Origin: Octopus sinensis | Lineage: Eukaryota | Reading direction: 5' to 3' | DNA length: 64,000 nt | Assembly: GCF_006345805.1 (NCBI RefSeq) | Contig: NC_043011.1 | Coordinates: forward strand, 3,286,001 to 3,350,000 | The notes under the pieces: generated by a model | Databases searched by the model: none | Told to the model about the DNA's origin: nothing | What the model saw: only the letters and a program-made list of their open reading frames with translations | Shown here: positions 61,273 through 64,000 of the stretch, piece after piece | Numbering within the stretch: position 1 is the first letter of the stretch | How the letters are laid out: each line of letters opens with the position of its first letter | Translations under genes and position numbers: made by a program

Positions 61273-62815
61273 CATTATATATATATATGTATATACACAT
61301 ACATTTTATATATATATATATAATATATATATACACACACACATACATTTTATATATATATATATAAAATGTACTCAAACACACATAAGCATATTGGAAT
61401 AAACACATATGCATATATATAGTAATGAAGAGCTTCGGTTTATAAAATAGCCCTGGTAATGAGACTTTAGTATTAAATGTAGAAACCATAGTAATTCATT
61501 GAATGTATAGCATTCGCATGCATTAAATTTGTGGAGAGCAAAAGAAGTGAGAGAGCAGGGGGGGGGGTATTAAAATGATCAGCTTTTGTATTGAAGAGAG
61601 GCTGTTGCATTGGCATACACATACGATGTAAAAGAATGGCTGCTACACGTGTATGTGGACAGTGGATGGTACAGACATCAAGGGGAACCAAAGAATACAA
61701 AGTTTAAATATCTATATTATAGGCCTCGTAACTGAGTGCAAACAGGATTGACTGAAGTGCTGATTTACTACACTACAGACTTTTCCAGCTCTTATTAAAT
61801 TGGAAAAAATGAGTGTTGATATGTTGACAACAGTAACGATAATAATGTTTATCCCAATATGTGTGTGCATGTGTGTGCATGTGTGTGCATGTGTGTGCAT
61901 GCATGTGTGTGTGTGCTTCTGCGTGCAGGTATGTTCATAAATTTTGTATTCTATTTATTTTCTGACTCACAAGTTACACACAAGGACAGTTAGGAGTAAT
62001 TTTACACAGAAGGACTGTTAGAAATAATTTTGTGTTGTTTGTTAGATCTTATTCAGCACCTCAACCACAATAAAAAGTGAAAAATAAAGGAAGATACCAC
62101 AAAAAAAAAAAAAAGAATTAAGAGAAAATGCTCAAAAAATTTGAATAAAAGACATCCATTTCACAATTTGAATATTCTCATTAGAGGTTATGAAACTTCT
62201 TCTAGATATTAATAAAAAAAAATTTGCTTAGATATAAGATAATTTCACTTTTTTGTATTCTCCTGAGGATATAAAAGGGGAGCAAGATATTATATATATT
62301 TACTAAAGCCAAAGCTAGAACTAATCAAAAACTATTGAGAAAGAAGCAGCAAGAAATATATATTTGAAATCAACTTTGAATATGTTAGTTTCTTTCATTA
62401 ACCAAATTAAAGAAGGAAATAGGCACAAAAGAAAGTATAAGGATAATGAATGAAATCTAAGATTTTAAGGTCTAGGGTATGAGAAGAGGTGAACGGTTAG
62501 AAAAGAGCCAGTGGATAGAGATTTATGAGGCTGCGTTAGACAATGGGAGATTAATTTAAAGGAACTGAAGATAGCATGCACTAACAATGACTTGGGGGAG
62601 AATGGTTGCCACTTGAGAAGCTTTGAAATGTTGTCATGGAGAGGGTTTATGTGTTAGGAGATGTTAGAATAAATAGGGCTACAGTTGTCTTTTAGATGAA
62701 GATGATGATGATGATAATGTTTTATGAATTGTGAGTACAGAGAGAAAGTTATGGCTTCACACACAAAGAAATGAATAAGTGATTATATAGACAAAGTATT
62801 CTAATTTAGTCTCTA

Positions 62816-63218
62816 GGCACAGGAGTGGCTGTGTGGTAAGTAGCTTGCTTACCAACCACATGGTTCCAGGTTCAATCCCACTGCGTGGCAACTTGGGCAA
62901 GTGTCTTCTACTATAGCCTCGGGCCAACCAAAGCCTTGTGAGTGGATTTGGTAGATGGAAACTGAAAGAAGCCCGTCGTATATATGTATATATATGTGTG
63001 CGTGTATGTTTGTGTGTCTGTGTTTGTCCCCCTAGCATTGCTTGACAACCGATGCTGGTGTGTTTACGTCCCCGTCACCTAGCGGTTCGACAAAAGAGAC
63101 CGATAGAATAAGTACTGGGTTTACAAAGAATAAGTCCCGGGGTCGATTTGCTCGACTAAAGGTGGTGCTCCAGCATGGCCGCAGTCAACTGACTGAAACA
63201 AGTAAAAGAGTAAAAGAG
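62816..63218 (+). mobile_element. SINE family A, full length
   Basis: Close to consensus throughout. Confidence 0.92.
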
Positions 63219-63334
63219 ATTACAGATGAAAATTTTTCTTGATTAGCTTGTCTTATTTCTGATATTGGTGATGGTGATAATGAGAATGATGAGATTAATG
63301 ATGACGATAACGACGATGATGATGATTGTTTCAA

Positions 63335-63740
63335 ATTTAGACACAAGTTCTGCAGTGTCAGTAGTTATGAGGGGAGAGGGTTAGTTGGTACCAGTGACCT
63401 CCACTAGTACTTCGGTGGTACTTTATTTTATTGATTGCAGGGGGACAAAACGCAAAGTTGACCTTGGCAGGACTTGATGAAATATTGTTTCTGATTCTCT
63501 AACCATTTTACCAATCCACTGCTCTAAGTAATTGTTTCTAATTTAAGCCCAGAGCAAGTAATTTTGAGGTAAGGGGAGTAGTTGATACCATTGACTGGGG
63601 TACTTTATTCTACTAACCTTGAAGGGATGAAAGACAAAGATGACCTCAGTAGAATTTCAATTCAGAACATAAAGAGCTGGAATAAATTCTGGAAGGTATT
63701 TGTTCCAACACTAACGGTTTTACCAGCTCACCATCCTTTT
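63335..63740 (-). mobile_element. Two tandem diverged SINE B-like fragments
   Basis: AAAGTTGACCTTGGCAGG and GACCTCAGTAGAATTTCAATTCAGAAC motifs. Confidence 0.55.
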
Positions 63741-64000
63741 ACATCAGTTGGATTTGAAGTCAGTATGTAATAATAATGATAATAATAACAACAACAATAA
63801 TAATAATAGTTAATGCTTTTAAGGATCATTTCTTAAGTATGTGTCACAATGGTATCTGGTTCCTTTGATCGGTCAACAACATCACGATGATGCAAGATCA
63901 TATTGAATCCTGAGCATGAAGCAGGATCTCCTGCATCATTCATTATTCTGCCTTCAACGAATGTGAGGAATCCATTGAAGATCGTTCTTGAGAGGTTTAA

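Overview
AT-rich, repeat-dominated eukaryotic DNA, most likely intronic or intergenic sequence from an octopus (inferred from the tRNA-derived SINE families, the mollusc-type 5S copy and the microsatellite load; not verified by search). No intact protein-coding gene is recognisable. Almost all ORFs in the track come from microsatellites, SINEs or decayed transposons, and there is one weak candidate exon near 39.8-40.0 kb. The window contains a heavily nested Ty3/Gypsy remnant (7.6-14.0 kb, minus), two solo-LTR-like elements, an internally deleted Helitron with two non-autonomous partners, and RTE, Tx1-like, R4/Dong-like and Penelope-like remnants. It also holds mariner, Tc1 and hAT fossils, MITEs, about 15 SINE copies or fragments, a dispersed 5S rRNA copy and several long inverted repeats. 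The most notable signal is a set of eight type I hammerhead ribozyme-like motifs. Two have an intact catalytic core (10421-10509 plus, 58444-58536 minus), one is near-intact and five are degenerate. They share a self-complementary stem III and sit beside TA/TG microsatellites. The five long-stem-II copies differ in sequence but keep their pairing, consistent with a Penelope/retrozyme-like self-cleaving RNA system. All alignments, identities and folds were done by eye and need computational confirmation.
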